A DNA stretch of 64,000 nt from Schmidtea polychroa (taxonomy: Eukaryota): assembly GCA_044892525.1 (NCBI GenBank), contig CM097885.1, forward strand, positions 39,372,001 through 39,436,000. Direction: 5' to 3'. A model generated the notes under the pieces. That model did not search any database, was not told the origin of the DNA, and worked only from the letters and a program-made list of their open reading frames with translations. Positions 48,646 through 61,383 of the stretch are shown in pieces (position 1 is the stretch's first letter; every line of letters starts with the position of its first letter). A program made the translations under genes and the position numbers.

Positions 48646-50981
48646 TAAATTGAGGTTTCCTTTACTTTTTCGTCTAGTTCGGCTAGCTAAGCTATCAATT
48701 TTTTCCTCCTTTTAATATCCTTTGATAAATTTTCTACTTCGTCGATTGAGCTTGATGTTTCCTAATTATTGTCTCGCTTTAATCTTTACGATTCTCTAAT
48801 TCCTCTTGGATTTGGTTTTATTAGTTTCTTTGATTCTTCGCTTTTTGATTGATTTCTCTATATCTCTTGATTTCTATTGCTTTCTTGATTTTCTTGATTT
48901 CTTTCTGAATTCTTTGCTTTATTCTAAAATAATTAACACTTCTAGTACATATCATAAATTCTCTTTATTAAACCCTTCATTTACTTTCCATTTTCCCTTT
49001 ATTTTACTGCTCCTTCGCTTCAAATTTTCTAGCTTTCCTACACTTCTCGTTATTCACCCCATTTTGATTTTAAGTCGATTTTAAATTATCTATAACTCAT
49101 ATCAATTATCTATATAGTCATATCAATTATCTATCCCTTTTATAATCGTCATATAAATATAATATCAATCACATAAATATCAAAATAAACATATCATTAA
49201 TAAATAAAATTCAATAATTCAACTACTAGCTATTCGTTCGCTTTTCCCCATCCAAAACCTGGTTTTATGTTCTCTTGCGCCGGCGCTTTATCATAATTTT
49301 CCTTTACTCATTATATATTTGTCGCACTTAATCTATTTCAATTTAATCAACTTCATTTTAATTATTGATGCTTTGGTACGCGCGACCTCTACATCCACCT
49401 TTATTTACCATCGGCTCTCTGGCTGGTTTACTCAACTCACTAATTTCATTTAAATCATTTCGCTCAATTACCATCGGCTCCCTGGCCGGTTTAATCAACT
49501 CATTTTAATCATAATTGAAGTCTTTTACGACTCCTAGACGCCTGGGCTTTTACACCATTACGCCGTATTCGCGGTCTTCGGTCCCTGACCGGTTTCAAAT
49601 GCCCTAAATGAGGTTTCTTCAACCCCCAGACGCCTTCGGGTTTTACACCTACTATCGTCCCTACCGCGATTAAATTGAGTTGACAGTTGACTTTCGGGTT
49701 AATTAACAATTCAAGGCTCCTCCTACTCAAATTCCTAATTTGCTGAGGCCTCACAACTGGCTCAATTCTTAGCCGCTTATTGAAAAGAGTCTAATACCGG
49801 TAACTCTAATCTCATCACCGTTTCACTGGGCCTATCGGTACTCGGTGTGGGCATCCGGGTTTTGTACCGACCCCGGCTAGCAATAATCACGAAGAAAAAA
49901 CATCCTATCTGTCAGGATTTAAAAAACACGGAAATACCTAATCGCCTTGATCGTGATTCTCAAAAGTGATGAACCAGATCTCCCGACTAGTGAAGCTAAA
50001 GGGAAATTGGATATGCAGTTGACTCTCGGTCTCCCACCTCACAACTGGTCCAATCTTGGTTGCCTGTTGAGTACGAGTCCTTTACCGGTTGACTCGCATC
50101 TCACAACCGTTTCACTGGGCTCCTTGATACTCGGTGTAAGTAACTGGGTATCTCTCGCTCGCTACCCTTCCGGGTATTTGTATCAAGTCCCGCTAGCAAC
50201 TCGAAAAAAGTGCGCCCAATACTCGGTGTGGTATCCGGGTTTTTGTATTGGGTGATCCAGCATCATCAGTCCCTTGGCTGATAATCTCCTGGACACTACA
50301 GTCCGGTGGTTAGCCGCTGTACTCGGGTGCCTCATCACTCGCTAGGGAAAAATCATTATTCCTCATCTGATTTGAAGTCCAAAAACGGTTTCTTCAAATC
50401 CGCAGCTGCTCTCGGATTAAATTTTTTAACATTTAGCGCGCGTTTTTCAATTTTTATTTTTATTTTTCTATTTTTATTCACCCTTTTTAGTTAGTCCCAG
50501 TCTCCCAGACAAAAAAAATATAATAATCGCGTTGGTTCATTTCCCACAAGTGGTGATCAGTCACTCGACAGAAACTCCCCAACATTTGCGATGGATCCTA
50601 CTACATTCTCTCGTCAGGGTGATCAGGATTTCCCCATTCGGGCAAGTGTCGTAAGGACGATTCACTTGTCATCCCCTCATTATCGTATCACTCTATGCCA
50701 AAATAATAAAACAGGAAGGAAAGAAAATTGGAAATAAAAAATCGTACTGATCTTAGCGATCAGCTCATCCATACGACTATGATCAGTCCTGCATTCAATT
50801 TTGATTTAGTTCTAATTGCTGTGTTGCTTGTCTATTTATTTAACGTATTTTGTGTCCTTTATATGTCTATGTTCATCGTATGTTTTATACCTTTCGGTTG
50901 CTATAATGGAATTTTTTAATATAATTTAATAATTTTATCACTTCATATTCATTCACAAGAAATTTATTTGACGACATCTCC

Positions 50982-51464
50982 TTACGGAATGTATATTACA
51001 ATTTTCTCTCTAACATTCGTATCGCATACGTTGCATCGTTTAATTTTCTCTGCGCAATTCTCGCAGTAACATAAATGACCACATGGGATCGTCATTACTC
51101 GTATTTCATTGATTCTGCACATGAAGCATTTTCTAAAATCTTTCACTTGACGTTCGATCGCTTCTTTAATTTCTTCTTCGATCGTCCCCATTTTCATCAT
51201 TATCTCCTGCCATTTGATGTTAAATTTGGCATCATCTAATCGTAAATTTTGGATTTGATAAACTCTTTTAGTGGTCAATTCCGCATTAGGTGTTGCTATT
51301 TTCATCATTACACATATTTCCTCAGCTTGCGGTCTTGGATTCAAGCTCATCTCATCTTGGATTTTCACCAACTGGTCCGCTTTGCGATTTAGCCGTTGTA
51401 ACGAATTGTGTGTTAAATCTACGAATTTTTCGAGTCTCTTTGTAATGTAGCCGGTTGATTCCAT
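50982..51464 (-). CDS. Coiled-coil plus IAP-type C3HC4 RING protein in the retroelement 5' leader
   Basis: CFMCRINEIRVMTIPCGHLCYCENCAEKIKRCNVC..KIVIYIP; intact ATG-TAA ORF between PBS and gag. Confidence 0.82.
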   Translation of the reverse strand: MESTGYITKRLEKFVDLTHNSLQRLNRKADQLVKIQDEMSLNPRPQAEEICVMMKIATPNAELTTKRVYQIQNLRLDDAKFNIKWQEIMMKMGTIEEEIKEAIERQVKDFRKCFMCRINEIRVMTIPCGHLCYCENCAEKIKRCNVCDTNVREKIVIYIP

Positions 51465-52151
51465 CTAATTAAGATTTATTAATTAAAGTTCTTTTTATTA
51501 ATATTCGCGTCATTTTCCCCCTTTATCATTTTCCCTCTAATATCCAGAATACCTTATTTTATTAGTGCTTCAATAAACCTTTACATTCTACTTATCACTC
51601 TTAACAACCCCGTCTCCCTCTGTTTAATGTTCTATCCTGCGCAAATTTTTCTCATGATTTTATTATAATCGTTTCATTATATATAACCCATATCCCATTC
51701 GTTATCGCCCTATTTTACACGTTTTCGATTAAGTTTAATTACATTGTTCATTTGTTCTATCTTTATTAGCGTGCTATCCCCCCTTTTCCCTATTTTTTAA
51801 ATTTTTATTATTTCTTTATATTTACATTCTACTAATCGTTAATATTTACAATTTTTATTATATTTTTGTTTTCGTTTTAATTTTCGTTTATTATCATTCA
51901 TTCTATTACTACGCTATTCGTACAGTGTTCTCATACTCACTTTCAATATATTCATATGTTGTCATACTTTAAAACTCTCATCATTCATTTAAACATTCCA
52001 CCTATATTTCATCATATTCGCACGTCCATGTACTAAATTTAAGTGTTTGGGAAAACAATTTGCTCGTTCCCGAATGCATATTACTTTATATCAGCTTTTA
52101 CTCTCTCCGTTATATCTATTCTCGGGTTCTTTCACTAATCAAATCTTCACT

Positions 52152-52169
52152 ATCCCGGCTGAGCCCCCA
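52152..52169 (-). promoter_or_regulatory. Primer-binding site complementary to the tRNA-Pro 3' end
   Basis: Minus strand TGGGGGCTCAGCCGGGAT, 16/18 identical to the MLV Pro PBS TGGGGGCTCGTCCGGGAT; lies 4 nt after ...CCATACA. Confidence 0.88.
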
Positions 52170-52575
52170 ATTTTGTATGGTGGGTTACTGGTGGTCGAAT
52201 GTTTAAGTGCTGTTACCAGCGTAACCCAACATGCAACATTGTCTTTCCGCTTGGTACCCGTTGAGTAATCAACGTTGGTACTGTACCAAGGGTTGAGTAC
52301 TCGCAAAAAGTGAGCGCATCAAGGCACTATAATTGTCGAGTACTCCATGGGTTCACGGACTACCGATAGAAGGTGTGTGTCCGATTTCTCAGGTCCCTCA
52401 TCAAAATTGTTTTCCCAACCTTACGCACAAACTCTCATTTCTCAGGCAATCATAAAATATATCGGATATTATTTTAGTACTAAGAAATATGTATTATTTT
52501 AACAAAAAATATATTCTTTTAATACTACAAAATATACACAACACCCTACAAGGATATATAAACCAGAATAAAAGT

Positions 52576-53061
52576 TCAACCCGGCTTGTTGGTAGAGCTG
52601 GCCAACCCCGTCGTAGACGCTTGCGATGAATTTGCTTGCCGCTCGTACTCGGCCAGACTGGCCTTCTTCAATTTTTCCCGAATGTTTCGCCCAAGCCGTT
52701 TTCTTTTGGGCTTATTTTCGGCGGCTGGGGGATATATCGCCGCGAGTTCAACGGTCAGTGGCTGGATTTGTCTTGCCACGGCCTCTTGCACCACCTGCTC
52801 ATTTCGCTCGGTCTCGAGTGCCCGCACCTGCAATTTCAGGGCGCGGATCTCCATTTGGTCCTGAGCGGCCTGTGTTTGTAGCTGGAGGATCTGGGCAGTT
52901 TTCTTCTTCATCGCTTCGGGACTAAACCAGGTCCCCTCGAACTCCCGGCATTTCCCTTTCAATTTGTCCACTCGGACTCGGAGTTCGTCAGCACGTTTCT
53001 GAGCCTGCTCTCGATCTTTACGCAGGTTCTCCATTAGCTTGTACACTAAAAGGAGTCTCAT
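52576..53061 (-). CDS. GC-rich coiled-coil ORF with basic NLS-like patch inside the LTR
   Basis: Compositional island in AT-rich DNA; MENLRKDREQ..KPKRKRLGR; probable start at the internal ATG near 53034. Confidence 0.5.
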   Translation of the reverse strand: MRLLLVYKLMENLRKDREQAQKRADELRVRVDKLKGKCREFEGTWFSPEAMKKKTAQILQLQTQAAQDQMEIRALKLQVRALETERNEQVVQEAVARQIQPLTVELAAIYPPAAENKPKRKRLGRNIREKLKKASLAEYERQANSSQASTTGLASSTNKPG

Positions 53062-54329
53062 TAGTTTTGTTTATACCAAAAAAAATTTTATAGAATAAAT
53101 TATTGGTAAGATTAAATAATATTGTTATTCGCGCTTATCGCTAGGCCATTTTTATAACCCCTCCATCTACCAACTGACTCATGCAACCAACAGAAAGGAA
53201 GAATACTTTACGTAAGAACAACCACTCTACGGTTTCTAATACTCAACTATGATACTAATAAAATCGACTAAATCAAAATACTTTATTTAAACACAAACAC
53301 TTGACGATATCTAATACTAAGGGAATAGACTAGGTTATGTTAATTGTCCTCCAATAATCACGACTAATGTTTGCGGGGCCGCTTGGTCTCGAGCCTCCTG
53401 CAACCGGTTATTCTTCGGCTCCACCTTCACCCATGCCGGGGCATCCGCTTCGGGGCCCGTCCGGATTACTCGAGCTGACCCCACCGATGTATATGGTACC
53501 AGATGTACCGGGTCCGGAGACGGGTGATCGTCTGCTGGTCAGTACCCTCGTCACTGCTAGAGCTAGATTGCGACATGTCTGTAATATAAATATTAAGACC
53601 CGTGTATAGCCCGTGTGGCTTATAAATTTAAAGTACGATAAAATATACAACATTTTATTCACCAAAAGTTATTTACCACTAGTTGGTAATTTAAAAATTC
53701 TTATGTCAATTCTTTGCCATTTTCTGGAAATTATCGAATTACTACTGAATTCGGGCACGCCGGGGTGATGGGTATTAGCGACGAGCTTAGTTTCTCGTTT
53801 GCTTACCTCTCCATTGGTTGTGTTCGTCATGAGTGGTACAGTCGACTTTCATGCATTTGAGGTAATTCATTTATTTACCGTAAATTTTGATTCCCAGGAA
53901 TGTTGGATGATAACTTTTCCTGGTTGGAGATGGATGAGCCTAGTTTTGGGAGATCATCCTACGATTCATAATTTTTGATTCTTAGTGGCTTGGTAATATG
54001 ATTTGTTGTTCATAATAAAAGAAAAATCTTATGTTTTTATTAATAGTAATTTAATCTTCTAATAAACGAAGTTATATATTTGCCATTCATTCAGGATTTA
54101 AAGGGGGTAGTTTATATGTTGGATCAGGTACTCTCACCCATATCCTCAGCTAACCTAGATGGTGTTAACATTTTCTAGGGGGAGGGGTGTTGCTAAAAAT
54201 AACTTTCTAGTATTTCAGACATTCCTATTAGTTCAAAAAGGTTGATTCCAAATTTAACTCCGGGGGGAAATCCTAAATCAATATTTGATTTAGATTTTTA
54301 TTTTTGTGAACTACAACTTATGAATAGGG

Positions 54330-54401
54330 ACAATGATAGTATTAGCGATGATAATAACGACAATAATAATAATAATAGTAATAATGATAATAATAATAAT
54401 A

Positions 54402-54438
<37 letters not shown>

Positions 54439-54650
54439 GATTAATAATAATAATAATAATAATAAAAGCAATATTAATAGTAATATTGATGGTAGTAATG
54501 ATGATAATAATAATGATAATAATAATAATAATAGTAATAATAATAATAATAGTAATATTAATGATAACATTAATGGTAATAATGATAATAATAATAATAA
54601 TAATAATCATAATGATAATAAGGATAATATCAATTATAATATTGATAGTG

Positions 54651-54687
<37 letters not shown>

Positions 54688-54730
54688 GAATAATAAGAAT
54701 AAAGATGATACTGATACTAATAATAATAAT
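54330..54730. repeat. Degenerate (AAT)n microsatellite inside the LTR
   Basis: Direct reading. Confidence 0.95.
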
Positions 54731-54999
54731 GGTGACGATTTAGAATGATAACTGGAAATATAATCACTCTCAATTCATACTTTATAATTTTAACAAAACT
54801 AATTTACATTTCTAATTTTAACGTCGAATGCTTCGATGTAAGCTATGGTAGCTACTTGTACTTTATATCTTCATGGTCAAATTTTGATTATAGCTAATTA
54901 TAATTCATTTCTACATTTATACTTTGTAGTTATACCTAGGTACAAATTATATTTTATAATACGACTTTACCTCAAATTATTCGTATTCCCTACTCTTAT

Positions 55000-55340
55000 A
55001 GTTAGAACTTATAATTATTTATAATTTATATTCCTAAATATTTTATATATAACTAATTATAATTTATAACTTTATATTTTATAATTTATAATTTTATATT
55101 TTGTAGTTTATAAATTTATATTTTATAATTGCCAATTTTACATTTTATAATTTATAGTTTTTAATTTTTTTCAATTTATAAGTTTATATTCTATAATTTC
55201 TAACTTTATATTTTATAATTTTATGTTTTTCAATTTATGAGTTTGTACTTTGAAATTTTACGTTTTCTATTTACAATTTCGTAGTTTGTAATCTATAAAT
55301 TTATATTTTATAATCCGTAATTTTATGCTTTATAAAGAGT
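55000..55340. repeat. Degenerate TTTTATA/ATTTATA short-period repeat inside the LTR
   Basis: Recurrent 7-8-bp T-rich units. Confidence 0.7.
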
Positions 55341-57752
55341 AATTCTAGGTTCTACAATTTATCATTTTATTACTTCACCACTCGTCATTTCATAATTCAG
55401 GGTTTATAATTTTATAGTCGACTCGTATACTTCTTTATGAGTACCCTTTTTGATCAATATTGTCTTCTAAAATTATTCGCAGATTTCTTGGTACTATTAG
55501 CGTATAATTTCAGAATATTGACGAGTCTACAGTCTATACAAAACTAGTTCTAAGTTAATTGATCCTTATGCTAAAATTTATTTACTATTATCCCCATCTG
55601 AAACTTATTATCAAGACTTCTCCATTATCAATTTATATTTTCAGGGTCGATATAATTTATATCTTAAATCTCATAATTATCTAAAACTTGCATTTTGACT
55701 ATAATTAGCAAATTTTATAATAAGTACTTATATCTTTATAAATATTTAAGATGGGCGCTTGAATTAATAGATCTGTAATTTAATCGGTTAGATTTGTAAT
55801 ATCTATAGGTAGATTGAATTTATTCGCATAGTAATTAATCTCGAAGTCCCAACTAGATGAGGTTATACCCACACATATGCCGGACACTTTATCATTTCTA
55901 TTACTTGAGTTACTACAAATTTCTATTACCAAAATCGGATTCGGCATATGTCTAAGTACAACTGGAATGGCTATTATTGATCCACCGACTTCATTAAGGT
56001 GATTGTGTAAGGTTAGGTATGAGTTCTACTCAGATTAAGACCTTATTGTAGAGATATTTGACATTGATTTTTAATGTTGATTTTAAATTTGTATTACGTA
56101 CAAAGTCGGGAAGAATATTGCTTCCATGGCCCCACTGTGACCACTTCCACAAACCTTAGTGTTGAGTGTTGAGTCAACCATTTACGGTCGACCTTACATA
56201 AATACAAAGAGTCAGACGGAGGGTTTCCTCGACCTAACTCCGTGGCAGAACCACAAAGTAGTTCGACCTTCGAAGGACCCGAACAAAAGAAATCATATAG
56301 TATCGATCAATATAGTACGAATAATGCATGTTGGTAGGTTGCATAAAAATTTTATTCGATATCTTCCAATGCAGGACGGAATAGCGACGCACCGTGACGC
56401 CGCTGATCAGTCATATTTATCTAAATAACAACGAATTTAGTAAGAATAATTTAATTATAGAATGGTGTTCATTAAAATGGTTACATACATGGTTAACATA
56501 AAAACAATGCAATCAAAAAATACCTACTATCAGTTTCCTTCAAAATTTGGTCAACAAAAAATTTTGGCATAAATGACTAAATTATGCCCGAAACGTGTCG
56601 GTATATATACCTATTTTGTACACGTGTATGTATTGATACAGTAAAACAAACTCGAATTCTTTTTATTCCAGAATTTTCTATTTAGCGATTTTGCTATTTT
56701 TAATGGCAATTTTTGTGCCATAATTTTTGTTTTTATTTTTATATTTTTAATTTTTAATTATTTTTCGTTAATTTGCCGTCCATGATGGATTTGGAACGGT
56801 TCCAGAACATTCTATTTTACTTTTAATTTAATTTTTATTCTAACTGATGTTTTGTGAATTTCTTTTTAAGATTTATTATTTTTAATACTAATTTATTTAT
56901 TTTCTCTAACTTTTATTGTTCTAGTGGCTATTGTGATGGTCATCGCCATTTTAATGTAATGTTCTGGGTTTTTCTTGAATTTTTTCGGTTTTTATCGTCT
57001 TTTAAGTTGTTCGAGTCTGTTTTATGCTTATCTGTGTTTATTTGGATGTTTTTGAGTTCTATTTTTGCATCACTTCTTGCTTTTGGATAATTTTATTTAA
57101 TTTCTGTGTTAATGTTTTTTGTAGTTTTTCCTTTAATTACTATTGTTTATTTGATGTAATTTTAATATTTAACTCTACTTTGTGCTTTTTTACTTGCTGT
57201 GTACCTACAAATTTCGGTCATAATTAGAAGTTTGGGTCTAGAAATCAGTTCTAGCCCAACACTACTATCATCATCCAGCAATATAATCAGTACAAAGTTT
57301 TCACACTCCTACTCCGGCATTCATCTGTTTCATATATTTTAAGACTATTTCTCGCCTGATATCAGGACAGTACATGCCTAAATCTGTTAATGATTGAAGG
57401 AACTGTTTTAACTGGTATTGTGACTTCCTTACCCAAAAGTAAAATCAGGCGAAACTGGAAGAAATGAGCTGGTAAATCTGCATTTGAATGTAAAATAAAA
57501 TTGAAATAGTTAACTTATCAAGCATCATTGGGGCTTTATAAATGTTTAAGATCCATAAAATCATCTGCAAGTGGTATATTTCTTTGAGTAAGAATATTTG
57601 AAAGTGAAAGTCGAATCAGCAAATGTAAAATTTATTAAATATATATAAACCAATAAAATTAATTAAAATTCCAATAAATTTCAAAAGATTCGCTATGAAT
57701 GTATCCATATATTAAATAAACCAACTCCTATAAAACTAACAATATAATACAA

Positions 57753-58688
57753 ATGGTTAAAAAAGTTTGGAAAAGCGTTAATGTCGATTTTACGATAAAA
57801 AGCAACAATAACATAATTGAGAATTCGGAAATTAGCGAAAATAATACAACGATTACTGCTGAATTGAGAAAAGCTTTGCCAACAACAACACATGCCAATC
57901 GTCAACTTGAAGAAGTTAATAAACTACCAATCGATGGTCCATTTTATTTGGAATTTTCTAATCTGAATTTTGATGTTGATGAAGAGTGCATTAGAAATCT
58001 GTTTAAAGGTTTAGATTTGGTGGATATTTATTTCAATCCGAGAAAGCGAGGAACTGGCAATATAGAATTCAGAAGTTTGGACAATTTGAAATCGGCGTTG
58101 GAATTTAATGGACAAGTTTTCGTCGGTAGAGCAATTAATTTGACATTAATCACGGACATAGACAAAGAAAAGAAATTTAACACATTTCTAGATAAGAATG
58201 GTTGTTTTCACAAAGATGAAAAGAAATCTAAAGCAGATGAATCTGAAAATTGGAGAAGTAAGAAAGTTGTTGAAAGGAAAGAAACAAAACCAAGTGATAG
58301 CGATAATTGGAGAGTAAAGAAAAATGTTGAAATGAAAGAAACCAAGCCAAGTAATAGTAATAATTGGAGAGTAAAGAAAACTATTGAAATGAAAGAAACT
58401 AAGCCAAGTGATAGCGATAATTGGAGAGTAAAGACAAATGTTGAAATGAAAGTATTCAAACCGAGATATAACAATAATTGGAGAGAAAAGAAAAGTGTTG
58501 AAATGAAAGAAACAAAACCTAGTGATAGTGATAATTGGAGAATAAAGAAAGATGTTAAAGTAACAGAATCAAAAGACTGTAGCAGTGGAACACAGAGAAT
58601 TACAAATATGCGTGATACCAAAACAGAAAATCTTCGAGAAAACAAAACAGCCGAAAAAGAAAATTCTTGGAGATTAGTTAAAAAATAA
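57753..58688 (+). CDS. eIF4B-like RRM protein, copy 10 (YLEFS variant)
   Basis: Near-identical 311-aa ORF. Confidence 0.85.
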   Translation: MVKKVWKSVNVDFTIKSNNNIIENSEISENNTTITAELRKALPTTTHANRQLEEVNKLPIDGPFYLEFSNLNFDVDEECIRNLFKGLDLVDIYFNPRKRGTGNIEFRSLDNLKSALEFNGQVFVGRAINLTLITDIDKEKKFNTFLDKNGCFHKDEKKSKADESENWRSKKVVERKETKPSDSDNWRVKKNVEMKETKPSNSNNWRVKKTIEMKETKPSDSDNWRVKTNVEMKVFKPRYNNNWREKKSVEMKETKPSDSDNWRIKKDVKVTESKDCSSGTQRITNMRDTKTENLRENKTAEKENSWRLVKK

Positions 58689-61383
58689 ATTTTTCCTTTC
58701 TATATTTGTTTAATATTATGATTGTTGTTTTTTCTTTAGAGTGTTTAATATATTTATTTTTCAATGTAAAATGTTTGATATATATCTTTAATATTAAATT
58801 GTATTTTTATGATAGTAGTTTGTTTGCAAAATTGATAATGAGAAAGTACATAAATCTCTATTTTATTTTTGTTATGATAGAACATTTTAAGGATACGTTT
58901 GAAATTATATTTATCAATAAAAATTAAAATTTCTAAGTTATTCTATTATTAAACAAAATTTATATTGTAATTAAAATCAATTTCATAATTTTAATAAAAT
59001 AATAGACCTAGAAAATTTCGAAAGATAGGGAAATAGAATGTAAGTAATTATATTTATTACTCATTATTTAGTCAACTTTCATGTTATAGATAATAGTTGA
59101 CATATGTTTAGATAATTGATTTTTATTTTTTTCATTGAAAGGTCAGATTTGGTCTATGATTACCGTATGTGTGCGTGTGTAAGTAACTGAGTGATAAGGT
59201 TACTGTTACTTGACACCCAACAAAAAACATTTATGACGTCACTACACAGGTATGCAATATTGAGTATTATATATTTTTTACAATTAACAGTCAAACATAT
59301 TAGTTTTGCAAATTGAATTCACAAGCTAGGATTGATTGAATATTAAAAATATGTTGCAGTTGAAATCAGATTATGGTGAATATTTATAGGATGACTTTTA
59401 TTATAGTATTTAATTTTATTCAAAACAATTTCTATTTTAACGCATAGATAAAATTCAAAAAACTTTGACAAATAACTATTATGTCATTGAATTAGTTTTC
59501 ATAAAATATTATTATATATGAATATTAATAGACAATCTATGTATTATTTTATGAAAGTTAATTAATAGCAGCTTAAAAATACTCAAAGACCTTTCCTAAT
59601 GTTATTGAACACCAATAAAACATCATTTATTCCATTTCAAAAATTAAATATTTTTACTCTTATTTGAAATAAACTCAATGGTAGTTTATTAAGTACGTGA
59701 CATAGCATTTTATTTATTTCATTATAAAGCTCTTTTCGTTTCTTGAAACCTTGATAATTTATCTTAATATGTTGGCTTAATTTAATAAATTTCGATCTAT
59801 CTTGACTCTTATTATCGGTAGATTTAACATTTGTCGACATCAAAATAAAGTCATAAGAATCAAGAATCATTGAATTAAGAGAAATCTTTTTATATTTTCT
59901 TTATATGATATTATTTTATTTGAATAAAGGAAATGCTTATAAGCTAAAATCATATTAGATCATGATTCAATTTGTCCAAATTGCCAAATTGCGACCAACT
60001 AACGACTTATTGGACAGATAATTATATGATGATGAAATGTTGTCAAACTACTTCTGTATTTGATGATTTTGTAATATTTAGGTCTCACTATTTGAGAATC
60101 TCAACTCTACTGGTTTTTATATAAATATAAATAAAGAACACAGGTTTTTATATAAATGTTTATTTAAAATTTCAAAAATTACCAAATGAGAAATCGAAAT
60201 TTGCAAAAATGATCTTCTAAAATTGTAACTTTCACTGGATAATTACTAATTTATTTTCACTGCAAAATGCTAGCTAATTGTGTGGTTTTTTTATGTTGTG
60301 TAGTGCTTGTTGTGTTAATTTTAAATCAATTAAATAAGGCTTCTATAGAGAGTTTTTGTCTGGTCTGTGTTTAAATATTTACGAAGCATTAAACTTTGAA
60401 AACTCTTCTTGGAGCAAATATTTGGCGAATTAAATGATTTTCTTCGCGCCTATTTATATCAACATTTTTCAATAAAAATAAAATATGATTATTTCCTGCT
60501 TCTACGCACTGAATAGTAATATTAAATATTATATCTACATATTTTGTTCTTTATAGATTGCGTGCTATAATAAAGATATGTTTTTCTTAAATTATAATTA
60601 TAATATAACATTAATTTTTTGAAATATAATAAATTTAATAGTAATTTTTCCTTGCGTTAAAATAAGTTAATTATAACGTAGAATAAAGATTATTGTACAG
60701 ATAATTAGCATAACCTGATTAAATATAAAATAGTCAATTATATACAATATAGTCTCTACAAGATAGATTGGATTTGTGGGTCTTCTTTCTTATTAGACTT
60801 ATTGCCTCGCTTCTGCATATACGTTGACCATTTAACCTTTAGACTCTGTCTTATTATTATTTGTTAGGGACGAATGTGGTGATGTGCCTACTATCATCAT
60901 CCAGCAATATAATCAGTACAAAGTTTTCACACTCCTACTCCGGCATTCATCTGTTTCATATATTTAAAGACTATTTCTCGCCTGATATCAGGACAGTACA
61001 TGCCAAAATCTGTTAATGATTGAAGGAACTGTTTTAACTGGTATTGTGACTTCCTTACCCAAAAGTAAAATCAGGCGAAACTGGAAGAAAGTGAATGAGC
61101 TGGTAAATCTGCATTTGAATGTAAAATAAAATTGAAATAGTTAACTTATCAAGCATCATTGGGGCTTTATAAATGTTTAAGATCAATAAAATCATCTGCA
61201 AGTGGTATATTTCTTTGAGTAAGAATATTTGAAAGTGAAAGTCGAATCAGCAAATGTAAAATTTATTAAATATATATAAACCAATAAAATTAATTAAAAT
61301 TCCAATAAATTTCAAAAGATTCGCTATGAATGTATCCATATATTAAATAAACCAACTCCTATAAAACTAACAATATAATACAA

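Larger units (their letters stand above)
38186..57261 (-). mobile_element. Giant Ty3/gypsy LTR retrotransposon (putative enveloped), 5' ~19 kb, degenerate and 3'-truncated in the integrase
   Basis: LTR + PBS + gag + accessory domains + PR-RT-RH-IN order on the minus strand; abuts the array at ...CCCAACA|CTACT. Confidence 0.93.
52174..57261 (-). repeat. 5' LTR, about 5.09 kb
   Basis: Minus strand begins TGTTGGG at the array junction (57261) and ends CCATACA just before the PBS; the partner LTR is absent, so boundaries are inferred. Confidence 0.78.

Noticed and set aside
37134..49084. Numerous plus-strand ORFs over PolB and gag-pol
   Set aside because: Antisense to well-supported minus-strand coding frames; no motifs.
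52140..52170. tRNA-Pro gene
   Set aside because: Only the 18-nt 3' end including CCA is present, which fits a PBS.
54242..54748. Poly-Asn, poly-Ile and poly-Leu ORFs
   Set aside because: AAT microsatellite read-through, not evidence of a gene.
57262..57266. CTACT at the right junction as the inverted partner of the left AGTAG (a complete Polinton)
   Set aside because: CTACT is native array sequence (unit position 946); the adjacent bases do not mirror the left terminus and instead form an LTR CA end.
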